A stretch of DNA of 19,250 bases from positions 1-19,250 of the forward strand of contig JBHGBC010000114.1 in the NCBI GenBank assembly GCA_041946805.1, written 5' to 3'. Positions 7,972 through 16,607 of this stretch are shown here, in pieces. The notes under the pieces are model-generated. The model saw only the letters and a list, made by a program, of their open reading frames with translations, was not told where the DNA came from and made no database searches. How positions within the stretch are numbered: the stretch's first letter is position 1; each line of letters begins with the position of its first letter. Source of the DNA: a bacterium. Lineage in GTDB: Bacteria > Hinthialibacterota > Hinthialibacteria > Hinthialibacterales > Hinthialibacteraceae. The position numbers were made by a program, and so were the translations under genes.

Positions 7972-8912
7972 ACGTTCTCACACGCTGTGCCCGGCGCCAG
8001 GGGACGGCCCCGGAGAAACGAGGCGGCCGTCATGGTTTTTTTGCCGGCGGGCTGCAGTTCCAATAATTCGAGAATCCCATCCCGCGCCGCGATGCGGATG
8101 GTGTTGAAGTCCGTGCTGACAAGGGTTCCAGGCGGAGAGGACGGTTCTTCCCCGATCACTTCCGACCGCAGGATCTTCCAGCGTTCACCTTGGCAAAGGG
8201 TGAACGCCCCGGGATCGGGATTGAGCCCCCGGATCCGGTTGTAGATCTCACGCGCGGGACGGTTCCAATCGATCCGCGCGTCTTCATTCTTGATCTGCGG
8301 CGCGAAAGTGGCCTCAGCCGCGTTTTGGGGAATGCGCGGGGCCACTCCCGCGGCGATGTCCACCAGGGATCGCAGCACGAGCCGCCCGCCCTTTTCGGCC
8401 AGACGCTCCGCCAGGCTGCCGGCGGTGTCCCGGGAACGAACCGGTTCTTCTTCCTGGTAAATGATATCCCCGTCATCCCACCCGTCCGAGAGGTACATGG
8501 TGGTGTTGGCGGTCGAGGTTTCACCGTTTATCAGCGTCCATTGGATAGGCGCCGCTCCCCGGTACTGGGGCAGGCGCGAGGGATGGAGATTCACACAGCC
8601 GAGGGGAGGGATTTCGCGAACGGCCTTGGGCACGAACGCGCCGTACGCGACCACCACCACTACATCCGGCGACCGTTGCCGGAGCCATTCCGCGGCCGCC
8701 GGATCTTTCAAGGATTCCGGTTGAAACAGATCCAGATTTTTTTCCCGGGCGAATTCCTTGACCGGCGGGGATTGCAGTTGCTTGCCGCGGCCGGCGGGAC
8801 GGTCCGGCCGGGTGACGACGCCGCATAATTCGATGGCGGCGTTTTCATGCAAAATCCGCAAGGTGGGGAGGGCGAATTCCGGTGTACCAAAGAAGATGGC
8901 GCGTATCGGCAT
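7968..8912 (-). CDS. fmt: Methionyl-tRNA formyltransferase
   Basis: 'FFGTPEFA', 'VVTRPDRPAGRG', 'VVAYG', 'NLHPSRLPQYRGAAPIQW', 'DDGDI', 'IRGLNPDPGA', 'LQPAGKK'. Confidence 0.97.
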   Translation of the reverse strand: MPIRAIFFGTPEFALPTLRILHENAAIELCGVVTRPDRPAGRGKQLQSPPVKEFAREKNLDLFQPESLKDPAAAEWLRQRSPDVVVVVAYGAFVPKAVREIPPLGCVNLHPSRLPQYRGAAPIQWTLINGETSTANTTMYLSDGWDDGDIIYQEEEPVRSRDTAGSLAERLAEKGGRLVLRSLVDIAAGVAPRIPQNAAEATFAPQIKNEDARIDWNRPAREIYNRIRGLNPDPGAFTLCQGERWKILRSEVIGEEPSSPPGTLVSTDFNTIRIAARDGILELLELQPAGKKTMTAASFLRGRPLAPGTACENV

Positions 8913-8927
8913 GAAGCGAATGGGCGG

Positions 8928-9425
8928 TCACGCGACCGCCAGTTCCTGCAGCGCGCGGGCCAGGGCGGCGCGTTCGGAGTCCCGGAGGTGATCGACAAAA
9001 AGGATCCCGTTGAGATGGTCCATCTCATGTTGGATGCAGCGGGCAAGCAAGCCGGACGCGGCCAGTTCGAATACTTCGCCGTTGACCGCCTGCGCCTTGA
9101 CCCGGATGCTCTCCGGCCGGCTTACTTCTCCATCGACGCCAGGAATAGAGAGACACCCTTCTTTCATGAGAGTCATTTCCGGGCTTTGCCAAATGATCTT
9201 GGGATTGATGAGGGCGTATTTTCCGTCCGGCTCCGAAGTATCCACCACGATGACCTTGCGAAGGAACCCAATTTGCGGCGCGGCCAAGCCAATGCCGCAC
9301 GCCTCGTACATGGTCTCGAACATGTCGTTGACCAGTTTTTCGAGTTTCTTGTCGAATTGTTTGACGTACTTGGTTTTTTTGCGTAAAACCTCGTCTCCGT
9401 ATATGCGGATATCCAAAATCGCCAT
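8928..9425 (-). CDS. def: Peptide deformylase
   Basis: 'GIGLAAPQIG', 'EGCLS', 'QHEMDHLNG'. ATG at 9425 (MAILDIRIYGD) is preceded by AGGAG, so it is preferred over the 9458 start. Confidence 0.97.
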   Translation of the reverse strand: MAILDIRIYGDEVLRKKTKYVKQFDKKLEKLVNDMFETMYEACGIGLAAPQIGFLRKVIVVDTSEPDGKYALINPKIIWQSPEMTLMKEGCLSIPGVDGEVSRPESIRVKAQAVNGEVFELAASGLLARCIQHEMDHLNGILFVDHLRDSERAALARALQELAVA

Positions 9426-9623
9426 GACTCCTGTCTCCCGGCCTGCTTCCCGCGCCACCCCTTCAGCCGGGATGGCGGACCGGGATGGCGCGAACTTCGT
9501 TCAGGGCTTGTATTCTACTCGCCGCACAGGGCTTAAGCAAGAATGAATTTCCTTTCCACGCCGGGATGGGGGGGGAAGAAAGCGCAATGTTCCCGGCGGG
9601 ATTTCATGGAGAGACAAATCTTT

Positions 9624-9661
9624 CCCTCACCCGGAACTCTCCCGGAACTCTCCCGGAGGGA
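9624..9661 (+). repeat. Family-A repeat variant with an internal 11-bp tandem duplication
   Basis: ccctca cccggaactct cccggaactct cccggaggga. Confidence 0.6.
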
Positions 9662-9690
9662 TGATCTTACCCCAAAAGTCATGTCAGGAT

Positions 9691-9716
9691 GGCATTCCCG
9701 CGAAAGCGGGGATTCA
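9691..9716 (+). repeat. Family-B palindrome (ATTCCC-N8-GGGAAT-like)
   Basis: ggcattcccgcgaaagcggggattca, a hairpin with a GAAA loop. Confidence 0.6.
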
Positions 9717-9868
9717 GTTTTTTCCAGGCGCGAATGATGGGGCCGCGATGCCAAGCACCCCTACAGGATTGGCCCGCGGGTATTAAATTGTACTTATGGA
9801 TCTTGCCCCTGTATCACGAGATACGCTTGGATTTTGTATTTCCCCCGGATGAAGGATAATCCGAAAAT

Positions 9869-9901
9869 CCCTCTACCACCGGGAGAGGGCCAGGGTGAGG
9901 G
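9869..9901 (-). repeat. Family-A palindromic repeat
   Basis: ccctctaccaccgggagagggccagggtgaggg, a near reverse complement of the 19199-19231 copy. Confidence 0.85.
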
Positions 9902-9907
9902 AAGCCC

Positions 9908-9932
9908 TTGCGGCGCTGGCATCTTGCCTGCA
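9908..9932 (+). repeat. Family-C REP-like palindrome
   Basis: ttgcggcgctggcatcttgcctgca; its reverse complement aligns without gaps to 13580-13604. Confidence 0.6.
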
Positions 9933-9975
9933 TTGTCCTTAACATCTTTGGGCCCCAATAAAGGAGTCACAAAAC

Positions 9976-10527
9976 TTGGAGCCTTTTTCGAAGACCATCG
10001 CGGTGTATGGCAGTTCGGGCATCACGCAAGACTCGCCGGCGGCGGAACAGGCCGCGCGGGCGGGCCGGCTGCTGGCCGCGGCGCGGTTCAAGATCTGCAA
10101 TGGCGGGTACATGGGTGCGATGGAGGCCTGCAGCCGGGGAGCGCAAGAAGCGGGAGGCATGGTAATCGGCGTGACCTGCGACGAATTCCAAAACCGGATG
10201 CCCAATCCCTTCCTGACGGAGGAAGTGCGGACACCGGATCTGCCCGAGCGGATTTCAACCCTCATGCGGATGGCTGATGCGTACGTCATCCTGGACGGCA
10301 ACATCGGTACCCTGGCGGAGCTTTTCCTCGCCTGGAACGTGGTGGCGATGGGCTGGCGCAAGCCCATCCTGGTGGTGGGGGAAAAATTGAAAAACGCCCT
10401 ATACGATCTGCAGCAGCATACGGAAATCGGCGGGAAACAGCTGGCGATGTTGAACTTCGTGGACACCGTGGACACGGCGGTGGATTTTCTCCAGCGTTAC
10501 TTCCACAACCACCAACCCGGGGCTTAA
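9976..10527 (+). CDS. LOG-family (nucleotide monophosphate phosphoribohydrolase / SLOG) protein
   Basis: 'IAVYGSS', 'NGGYMGAMEACSRGA', 'GGMVIGV', 'DAYVILDGNIGTLAEL' (variant of PGGxGTxxE). TTG start preceded by AAGGAG at 9961-9966. Confidence 0.85.
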   Translation: MEPFSKTIAVYGSSGITQDSPAAEQAARAGRLLAAARFKICNGGYMGAMEACSRGAQEAGGMVIGVTCDEFQNRMPNPFLTEEVRTPDLPERISTLMRMADAYVILDGNIGTLAELFLAWNVVAMGWRKPILVVGEKLKNALYDLQQHTEIGGKQLAMLNFVDTVDTAVDFLQRYFHNHQPGA

Positions 10528-12185
10528 TGAAATCTCCAGATTCTCCCTCATCAAACCGGCCGGATTTTGGGACCAGCCCATGGTTCCTCGTGGCGCTGTT
10601 CGATTTCTATCTTGTGGCCGGTATTCTGGCGCACGCGTCCGCGTTGTTCTCGTTTTTCGCGGCCGATGATTTCGGGTTCCTTTACACGGTAAGCCAGCAA
10701 GGCATCGCAACGGTTTGGACGGTCCCCTCGGACCGTTTCTTCCGGCCCTGGATTTGGCTCAGTTTTTGGTTCGATTACCGGATCTGGGGACTCAATCCCA
10801 TCGGATACCACCTGACCAACCTCATCCTGCACGCCGCCAATGCTTGGTGGATCACGTTGATCGCGCAGGAGTTCCTGCGGCTGTTCCGGTTGATGGAAAC
10901 GAACCGTTGGCTGCCCTCCCTGGCGGCGGGACTGCTTTTTTTGGTACATCCCAGCCACACGGAGGCGGTCAGTTGGATATCCGGCCGGTCGGACGTGATC
11001 GCTACCTTTTGGATTTTGCCCTCCCTGTTTTTTTATCTGGTCCATCAACGTACCCACAAGAACAACCTGCTGGCGGTATCAATCGGGCTGTATGGATTAT
11101 CCTTACTATCTAAGGAATCAGTAGTTACGTTTACTTTCCTGATCCTGATTCTCGATTTCCTTGGTTGCTTGTATCTCCCTGGCCCCAAATCCAGTTGGAT
11201 ACAGCGCTGGGGGTATTTCGGCATCCTGGCGGTTTACCTGGTTCTGCGGCGGATCGTCCTAGGCGATTGGATCGGCGGATACGGTTCCAACATCCATACC
11301 CGGCTCGATTTTTCCATGCTGGAGCGGAATTTTCTCTTCTTTACCGCCCGTGCCTTATTGCCCTCCATGGAATATCCCATCCATGCGTGGATTCAGGGGA
11401 TCGGCCGGGTGGCACTCCCGGGAATAATCGGCGCACTGATTCTGGCCGCCGTCACCCTGTGGAAAGCCCGCCGGAACGAACGATGCACGATTTGGATCGA
11501 GCGAGCCCGCTTGCCGATCCTGTTGCTGGTCCTGTTTCTGATGTACGCGGCCGTCCTGGCTCCCGTGCTCAATCTCAGCATCCATCTGGGGGGATCGTTG
11601 GGCGAACGGCTGATCTATTTCCCGGGCGTGTTCATCCTCCTGATGCTGGTATTGATTGTTCACGCGCTGGTCCGCCGCCCGGGATACGCGGTTCTCATCT
11701 GCGGGGTCCTTACTCTCTTCTACGCGGCCGCCCTGCATCAGTCCAACCGGTCATGGGTGAGCGCCGGTCAATTGACCCAGCAGATCATCCACGATCTCGG
11801 CCGCCTGGGACCCGCGCGCCGCGTGATCATCCTGAATCTCCCCGATACCATCGGCGGGGCGTATGTGTTTCGCAACGGCGTCAAATCCGCGTACAATCTC
11901 TTCGCCGGGCCCGCCCGCGTGGAGGAGATCCGCGTGGCCGCGTTCCAATCCCTCGCCAGCCTGGAGGATGGCGTCGAAGTCCGCCGCCTGGCGCCGGGGA
12001 CGTACGAAGTGAAAACCACCCATCCACGGACCTATTTTTTGAACCGCCGGATACCCGCGCAAGATCTCGCCTTTTTTCAGCTCCCGGAGAGAGCGCGAAA
12101 CCGCGTCACCGTCCGTATCAACGAGGTGCCGGTGAAAGACCGCATCGTGTATTATTCGCTCGGATCACTCCACGCGCTGCCGTAA
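10527..12185 (+). CDS. GT-C-type (PMT/TMTC-like) polytopic membrane glycosyltransferase, putative
   Basis: 'AADDF', 'FFRP', 'NPIGYHLTNLILH', 'HPSHTEAVSWISGR', 'LLSKES', 'ERLIYFP'. TAATG overlap with the LOG gene. Confidence 0.72.
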   Translation: MKSPDSPSSNRPDFGTSPWFLVALFDFYLVAGILAHASALFSFFAADDFGFLYTVSQQGIATVWTVPSDRFFRPWIWLSFWFDYRIWGLNPIGYHLTNLILHAANAWWITLIAQEFLRLFRLMETNRWLPSLAAGLLFLVHPSHTEAVSWISGRSDVIATFWILPSLFFYLVHQRTHKNNLLAVSIGLYGLSLLSKESVVTFTFLILILDFLGCLYLPGPKSSWIQRWGYFGILAVYLVLRRIVLGDWIGGYGSNIHTRLDFSMLERNFLFFTARALLPSMEYPIHAWIQGIGRVALPGIIGALILAAVTLWKARRNERCTIWIERARLPILLLVLFLMYAAVLAPVLNLSIHLGGSLGERLIYFPGVFILLMLVLIVHALVRRPGYAVLICGVLTLFYAAALHQSNRSWVSAGQLTQQIIHDLGRLGPARRVIILNLPDTIGGAYVFRNGVKSAYNLFAGPARVEEIRVAAFQSLASLEDGVEVRRLAPGTYEVKTTHPRTYFLNRRIPAQDLAFFQLPERARNRVTVRINEVPVKDRIVYYSLGSLHALP

Positions 12186-12296
12186 CGCCGGAGCGCCACT
12201 TCCAGTCTCGCCTGGCCTTCGGATCGTTCCTGCACTGTTCCAGCCGCAGCGGAAGCAATAGAATTGACCTGAAATAATGAATTTCCGGGATCGAGC

Positions 12297-13421
12297 ATGA
12301 AGCGCTACAAAGTCTGGAACCTGATCAAGGCCTACCTGGATCTCCTGCTGCGGCGGGAGAAACCCTTCGCCGACCCGGTCGAGATGTCCGTGGGGACTAC
12401 CTCGTTCTGCAATCTGCGCTGTATCCAATGTCCGCGCGAAGGGCACGACGGCAACCTCATGCCCTACGATGAGCATTTGGACATGGAGTATTACAAAAGC
12501 CTGGAGCCGTATCTGAAACGCGCCAAAGAAGTCAGCCTCTACGGCCTGGGCGAGCCGATGATCGACAAGCGCTATTTCGAGAAGGTGCGCTATGTCACCT
12601 CGTTCGGCGCGGACGTGAGCCTTTCCTCCAACGGCACCCTGATGGACGAACGCCGCTGCCGCGAGGTCATCGAATCGGGCATCAAAGCGATCGGGATCTC
12701 GCTGGACGCGGCCCGTGAGGCCACCTTCGCCGTGGTCCGGCCGCCGGGCGGCCTGCCGGCGATCGTGGAAAACATCAAGCGCCTGAGCCGCATGAAGAAG
12801 GAAATGGGAACCCCCCGTCCCCTCATCCGCCTTTCGTTCGGCATCATGCCGCAGAACGTGGACGACTTGCCCCTGTTCCCCGATCTCGCGGCGGAGGCGG
12901 GGGGCGAGGAGATCATCGTCCATTCGGTCATCTTCATGTCCGAAGCCAAGCGGCAGGAGCTAACCGTAGATTCACAAACCGTCCGGCAGGCCGTCGAGGC
13001 CGCCCGCGCCCGCGCCCGCGAATTGGGGATCGCCTTTTGCGAGTGGGATCTCGATCCCATGACGTATTTGAAATCCCTGCGCTATGTCCGGGGCGAGAGC
13101 GAGGAACCGCCCGCGTCCCCCACGGCGGACCGGAAAACGGGCCAGGGGTATTTCTGCTTCTTCCTGTGGCGCAATGCCATGATCCAGGGCCATGGCGAAC
13201 TGTTTCCCTGCTGCTACATGACCAACAAGCGTCTGGGGGAACTGGAAAACGGGAACCTGCTCGAATTGCGCGGCCATCCCTTCCTCGCGGACCTGCGCCG
13301 CCGCCTTTATGAGGGAGATCCCCCCGAACCCTGCGCCAGCTGCCCCCAGCTGTATCCCTACGACCGCCAAAACATCCTCAAAAGCGGCCTGCAGGAAATC
13401 AAAAACCTGATCATCTCGTAA
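12297..13421 (+). CDS. Radical SAM protein with a C-terminal SPASM/twitch-type domain
   Basis: CxxxCxxC 'CNLRCIQC', 'GLGEP', 'SSNGTL', 'ISLDA'; C-terminal 'CFFLW...GELFPCC...CASC'. Confidence 0.9.
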   Translation: MKRYKVWNLIKAYLDLLLRREKPFADPVEMSVGTTSFCNLRCIQCPREGHDGNLMPYDEHLDMEYYKSLEPYLKRAKEVSLYGLGEPMIDKRYFEKVRYVTSFGADVSLSSNGTLMDERRCREVIESGIKAIGISLDAAREATFAVVRPPGGLPAIVENIKRLSRMKKEMGTPRPLIRLSFGIMPQNVDDLPLFPDLAAEAGGEEIIVHSVIFMSEAKRQELTVDSQTVRQAVEAARARARELGIAFCEWDLDPMTYLKSLRYVRGESEEPPASPTADRKTGQGYFCFFLWRNAMIQGHGELFPCCYMTNKRLGELENGNLLELRGHPFLADLRRRLYEGDPPEPCASCPQLYPYDRQNILKSGLQEIKNLIIS

Positions 13422-13538
13422 TGCGAGGAGGGTTGGGCGTTTTTGAATCATGCATTTCCATTTCATCCCAGCAGGGGGTCCATGGGAATAACCGCCGGCG
13501 GCAGTCTACAGTATCGTGAGAAAAGACACCACTCCTGA

Positions 13539-13569
13539 AAGGGTTGAATGTAAAATCATTCAATCCCTT
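13539..13569. repeat. Imperfect inverted repeat (family D)
   Basis: aagggttgaatg-taaaat-cattcaatccctt, between convergent genes. Confidence 0.5.
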
Positions 13570-13579
13570 GGGGATTAGA

Positions 13580-13604
13580 TGCCGGCGGGACGCCTGCACC
13601 GCAA
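13580..13604 (-). repeat. Family-C REP-like palindrome
   Basis: tgccggcgggacgcctgcaccgcaa, homologous to 9908-9932. Confidence 0.6.
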
Positions 13605-13610
13605 TGACCC

Positions 13611-13636
13611 GGATCCCCGGTTTCGCGGGGTATGAC
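13611..13636 (-). repeat. Family-B palindrome
   Basis: Minus strand gtcataccccgcgaaaccggggatcc. Confidence 0.55.
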
Positions 13637-13735
13637 ATGCTTGGCCAGAATCCGTGTCTCGCCCGAATCGCAGAGCTTAGGTTAAGCCGGATGAAGATGT
13701 CATTACCCCGGCGCAAGCTGCCTCCTGCCGCCCAC

Positions 13736-15430
13736 TTAAATCACGGCGGATTCCAGTTTCTTCAGTCCGTAAAGAGGGGGGAGCAGGATGGAGAAGGTTT
13801 GCATAAGCAGGAACAACGAGCCGAACAAGATCAAGTTGGGATTCATGGCGAGTTGACCCGCCAGATTCGTGCCGGGAATGTGATTGAGAACGAACTGGGC
13901 CACGACCACCACGCTGGCGGCGAAATACAACAAAGTGAGGATCATGGTCACCAGCGCCCCGGTATCCGAGGTCACGTCCGCGGCGTTCGTGGCTTCGAAC
14001 TTGTGGAACACCGCGCCGAAGCCCATCGACCAGCTGGTGAATCCAAACGCAAACAAGAATAAGACGAAGATACTGAGCCATTGGAGCGTGGGATCCACGG
14101 CCAGGATCCGGTTGAGCATGTATCCCATCCCCTGGCCGATGAGCAGCAGCACCGCCGAGTGCAGGTAATACTTGGTGAAGAAAAAACGCGGGAGGCCGAT
14201 CCCGGAGCTTTGGATGGTCCAAAAAGCTTTGCCCTCCAGGCTGATCGAGGGGAAGCTGAACCGCAGAGACAGCGTCGCCTGAATGAAGCCCAGCAGGATC
14301 ACATTGAAGAAAGCCATCTGGTTGCGGATGCGCGAATCAGGCTCGTCGAACATGATGTTCTGCGTGTGGGCCACGTAGAACAAGACCAGCGCCAGGATCA
14401 GCACCAGTTGCCCCCACTGGGAAAAGTCCCGCGTGAAAACGTGCACTTCCTTGAACAGGATGGCGCCCGCCCGGCCGGGCATGGCCCGCTTCAGCCACAG
14501 GTGTTTTTTGCGGAAACGGCGCCCCTCGGGACGCCGGTGCGCGAGGCTGACCCGTTCCTGCGCCCAGAGCCACGCGCCCGCGTACCACCGGCAGCCCAGT
14601 TCCAGGGCCACGTGCCACAGAAACAAGGCGCTGGACCACAACAACGCCAGGTAAAACAACGTCCGTCCCACCTTGCTGGTGTGCGCCGCTTGCATCACCT
14701 GCGTCATCCAGTGGCTGGGGATATAGGGATAGCTGGAAAGCCGCAGGTTGGCCAGTGTTTCTCCCAGTTTGTTGACGTCGATGCTGCCCAGCAGGATTTT
14801 GTTGGTCAGGGAGATGTAGAGAATGATCCCGGTGAAGCCGGTCAAAACCAGGAACGAGCCCGCGGCCATGCGGAAGGCGCGCCCGATGATCCACCGGGCG
14901 ATGAACAACATCGTCAGGATGCCCATCAATCCCGCCGTGATCAAAAATCCCGCCAGGCCCAACACCACCGCCGGGTAATACCACCAGGCCGCCTGCAGTT
15001 TCCACCCATAGGCCAGAATGATCGGGATGCAGAACAAACCCGACACCCATCCGCCCAGAATCAACGCTTCCAGGCACTGGATCCGGTACAGATCAGGCAC
15101 GGGATAGGGGGAACTGAACAGCGGGGGCAATTCTTGTCCCCGGAACAGGGAGGAATAGGCCGTGAGGATATGGCCCAGGAGGATGATGATCAGAACCGCC
15201 AGGAAGCCGAAGGAGATGATCCGTTCCAGGACGATCGGCCCGACCACATCGACTTTGTTGACCTCTTCGCACAGGCGCGCGACCACCAGGTAGCACAAAA
15301 ACCAAAAGACGCCGAGCAGCAAGAGAAATCCGCTGGAGCGGAGGATGGAATCCAGGTTCAAGTGTTTCCAGCGCCGTTTCGCGCACAGCCACTTGACCTG
15401 GAGTAAAGCCCGATCTTGTTTCGATCCCAT
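13736..15430 (-). CDS. Putative ABC exporter permease subunit (tandem ABC-2-like membrane domains)
   Basis: 564 aa, about 12 TM helices in two halves; 'LFSSP', 'YIPSHW', 'ILFKEVHVFTRDFSQWGQL', 'FPSISLEGKAFW'. Confidence 0.72.
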   Translation of the reverse strand: MGSKQDRALLQVKWLCAKRRWKHLNLDSILRSSGFLLLLGVFWFLCYLVVARLCEEVNKVDVVGPIVLERIISFGFLAVLIIILLGHILTAYSSLFRGQELPPLFSSPYPVPDLYRIQCLEALILGGWVSGLFCIPIILAYGWKLQAAWWYYPAVVLGLAGFLITAGLMGILTMLFIARWIIGRAFRMAAGSFLVLTGFTGIILYISLTNKILLGSIDVNKLGETLANLRLSSYPYIPSHWMTQVMQAAHTSKVGRTLFYLALLWSSALFLWHVALELGCRWYAGAWLWAQERVSLAHRRPEGRRFRKKHLWLKRAMPGRAGAILFKEVHVFTRDFSQWGQLVLILALVLFYVAHTQNIMFDEPDSRIRNQMAFFNVILLGFIQATLSLRFSFPSISLEGKAFWTIQSSGIGLPRFFFTKYYLHSAVLLLIGQGMGYMLNRILAVDPTLQWLSIFVLFLFAFGFTSWSMGFGAVFHKFEATNAADVTSDTGALVTMILTLLYFAASVVVVAQFVLNHIPGTNLAGQLAMNPNLILFGSLFLLMQTFSILLPPLYGLKKLESAVI

Positions 15431-15496
15431 GATGACGGGATTCCCGCGCCGGACCCACGGAGGCGGAAGCCGTTCCGCGGCGCGTGGCCAGGGCGC

Positions 15497-16231
15497 TTAC
15501 AAGGAAGTCAACTGATTATCATCCAGCGAATGATCCCAATAGAGAAACCGCTGGCATCCCTCGCACACCACGATGTCCTGCCCGCGCTTGGCGAGTTGCA
15601 CCAAGCGGGGAGTCAACCGGATATTGCACGCGCTGCAATGATTTCCGTTGGCCGTAGCCACCGCCACGCCCTGCTTGCCATCGAACACCCGGATGAAACG
15701 GTTGTAGAGTTCGGGTTGGATGGTGAAACGGAGTTGTTCGGTTCCCTGGCGGGCTTCATCGACCCGCGCGGTCAATCCCGTTTCCCGCTCCTGTAGGACC
15801 GAGAGTTCGGACTGTAAGGCGGATTCCCGTTCTTCCATTTCCTTCCGCTTCTGTTCGAAGAGTTTCTTTTCCTTTTCCACCCGGTCCATCACCTCGATGA
15901 GGCGTTCCTCGGAGCGGGTGTTCCGGCGGTCAAGGGTTTCGATTTCCGCCACGGTCGCCTGGTATTCCTTGTTGTTCTTGATGGTCAACAACTGGGCTTC
16001 TTTCTTGACCCGGGCGCTCTGGCCTTCCTGAATTTCCAGTTCGACGGTGCGCTGTTCCACCTCGTATTTCTTGTAGCGCTCTTCCGCCCGGCTGGCTTCC
16101 TCTTTCAGGTGGTTGAGATAGGTGAGGATTTCTTGTCTTCGGCGGGGGATTTCTTCGAATTCCCTCTCCAGCTCCCGCTGGGCGCTCAACGCCCGTTGAA
16201 GCTCGAGAAGGGAAGAAAGTCTAGGATCCAT
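15497..16231 (-). CDS. C4-type zinc-ribbon coiled-coil protein (DUF164 / CT398-HP0958 family)
   Basis: 'LLELQ' start, long coiled coil, 'NNKEYQA', C-terminal 'CSAC...CEGCQRFLY'. Confidence 0.9.
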   Translation of the reverse strand: MDPRLSSLLELQRALSAQRELEREFEEIPRRRQEILTYLNHLKEEASRAEERYKKYEVEQRTVELEIQEGQSARVKKEAQLLTIKNNKEYQATVAEIETLDRRNTRSEERLIEVMDRVEKEKKLFEQKRKEMEERESALQSELSVLQERETGLTARVDEARQGTEQLRFTIQPELYNRFIRVFDGKQGVAVATANGNHCSACNIRLTPRLVQLAKRGQDIVVCEGCQRFLYWDHSLDDNQLTSL

Positions 16232-16278
16232 TCTGGGTTACCCTTTGCCTCGCGTCACTGGCCGTTCCTGGAGCTGGT

Positions 16279-16473
16279 TTAATCTTGCGGACGAGGATAT
16301 TTTTCATCCAGCTTGTCGGTGATGTCTTCGATGAAACGCGCGATGGTGATCGAGTCGGGAGGCCGCATTTCCGGTCCGTTGAACGCGCTGATGTACGCGG
16401 ACGTGATCATCGCCACCAGCTCCATTCGCCTTTCGTCACTGACCCGTTCCACCATGATGGCATCCACCTCCAT
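16279..16473 (-). CDS. Small hypothetical protein (58-64 aa)
   Basis: GC3-rich codon usage and co-oriented with the zinc-ribbon gene. GGAGGTGG lies upstream of the second ATG (about 16455), which may be the true start. Confidence 0.65.
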   Translation of the reverse strand: MEVDAIMVERVSDERRMELVAMITSAYISAFNGPEMRPPDSITIARFIEDITDKLDEKYPRPQD

Positions 16474-16607
16474 TCCTGACGTTCTTGGCTTGACTATTTT
16501 TCATTTGTCCAACAATTTAGCATACGAACTGTCTGAGAATCACGCAAGGGTTCAATCGGCCCTGCCGCCCAAAAACTCGGTTTTTCCATCTCCGACGGGA
16601 AAACGCC

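Noticed and set aside
9834..10277. 147-aa ORF containing PLPPGEGQGEG
   Set aside because: Translation of family-A and family-C repeats continuing off-frame into the LOG gene.
11165..12277. 370-aa alternative-frame ORF
   Set aside because: R/P-rich off-frame ORF overlapping a well-supported CDS.
14081..15406. 441-aa plus-strand ORF
   Set aside because: Antisense shadow of the ABC permease gene.
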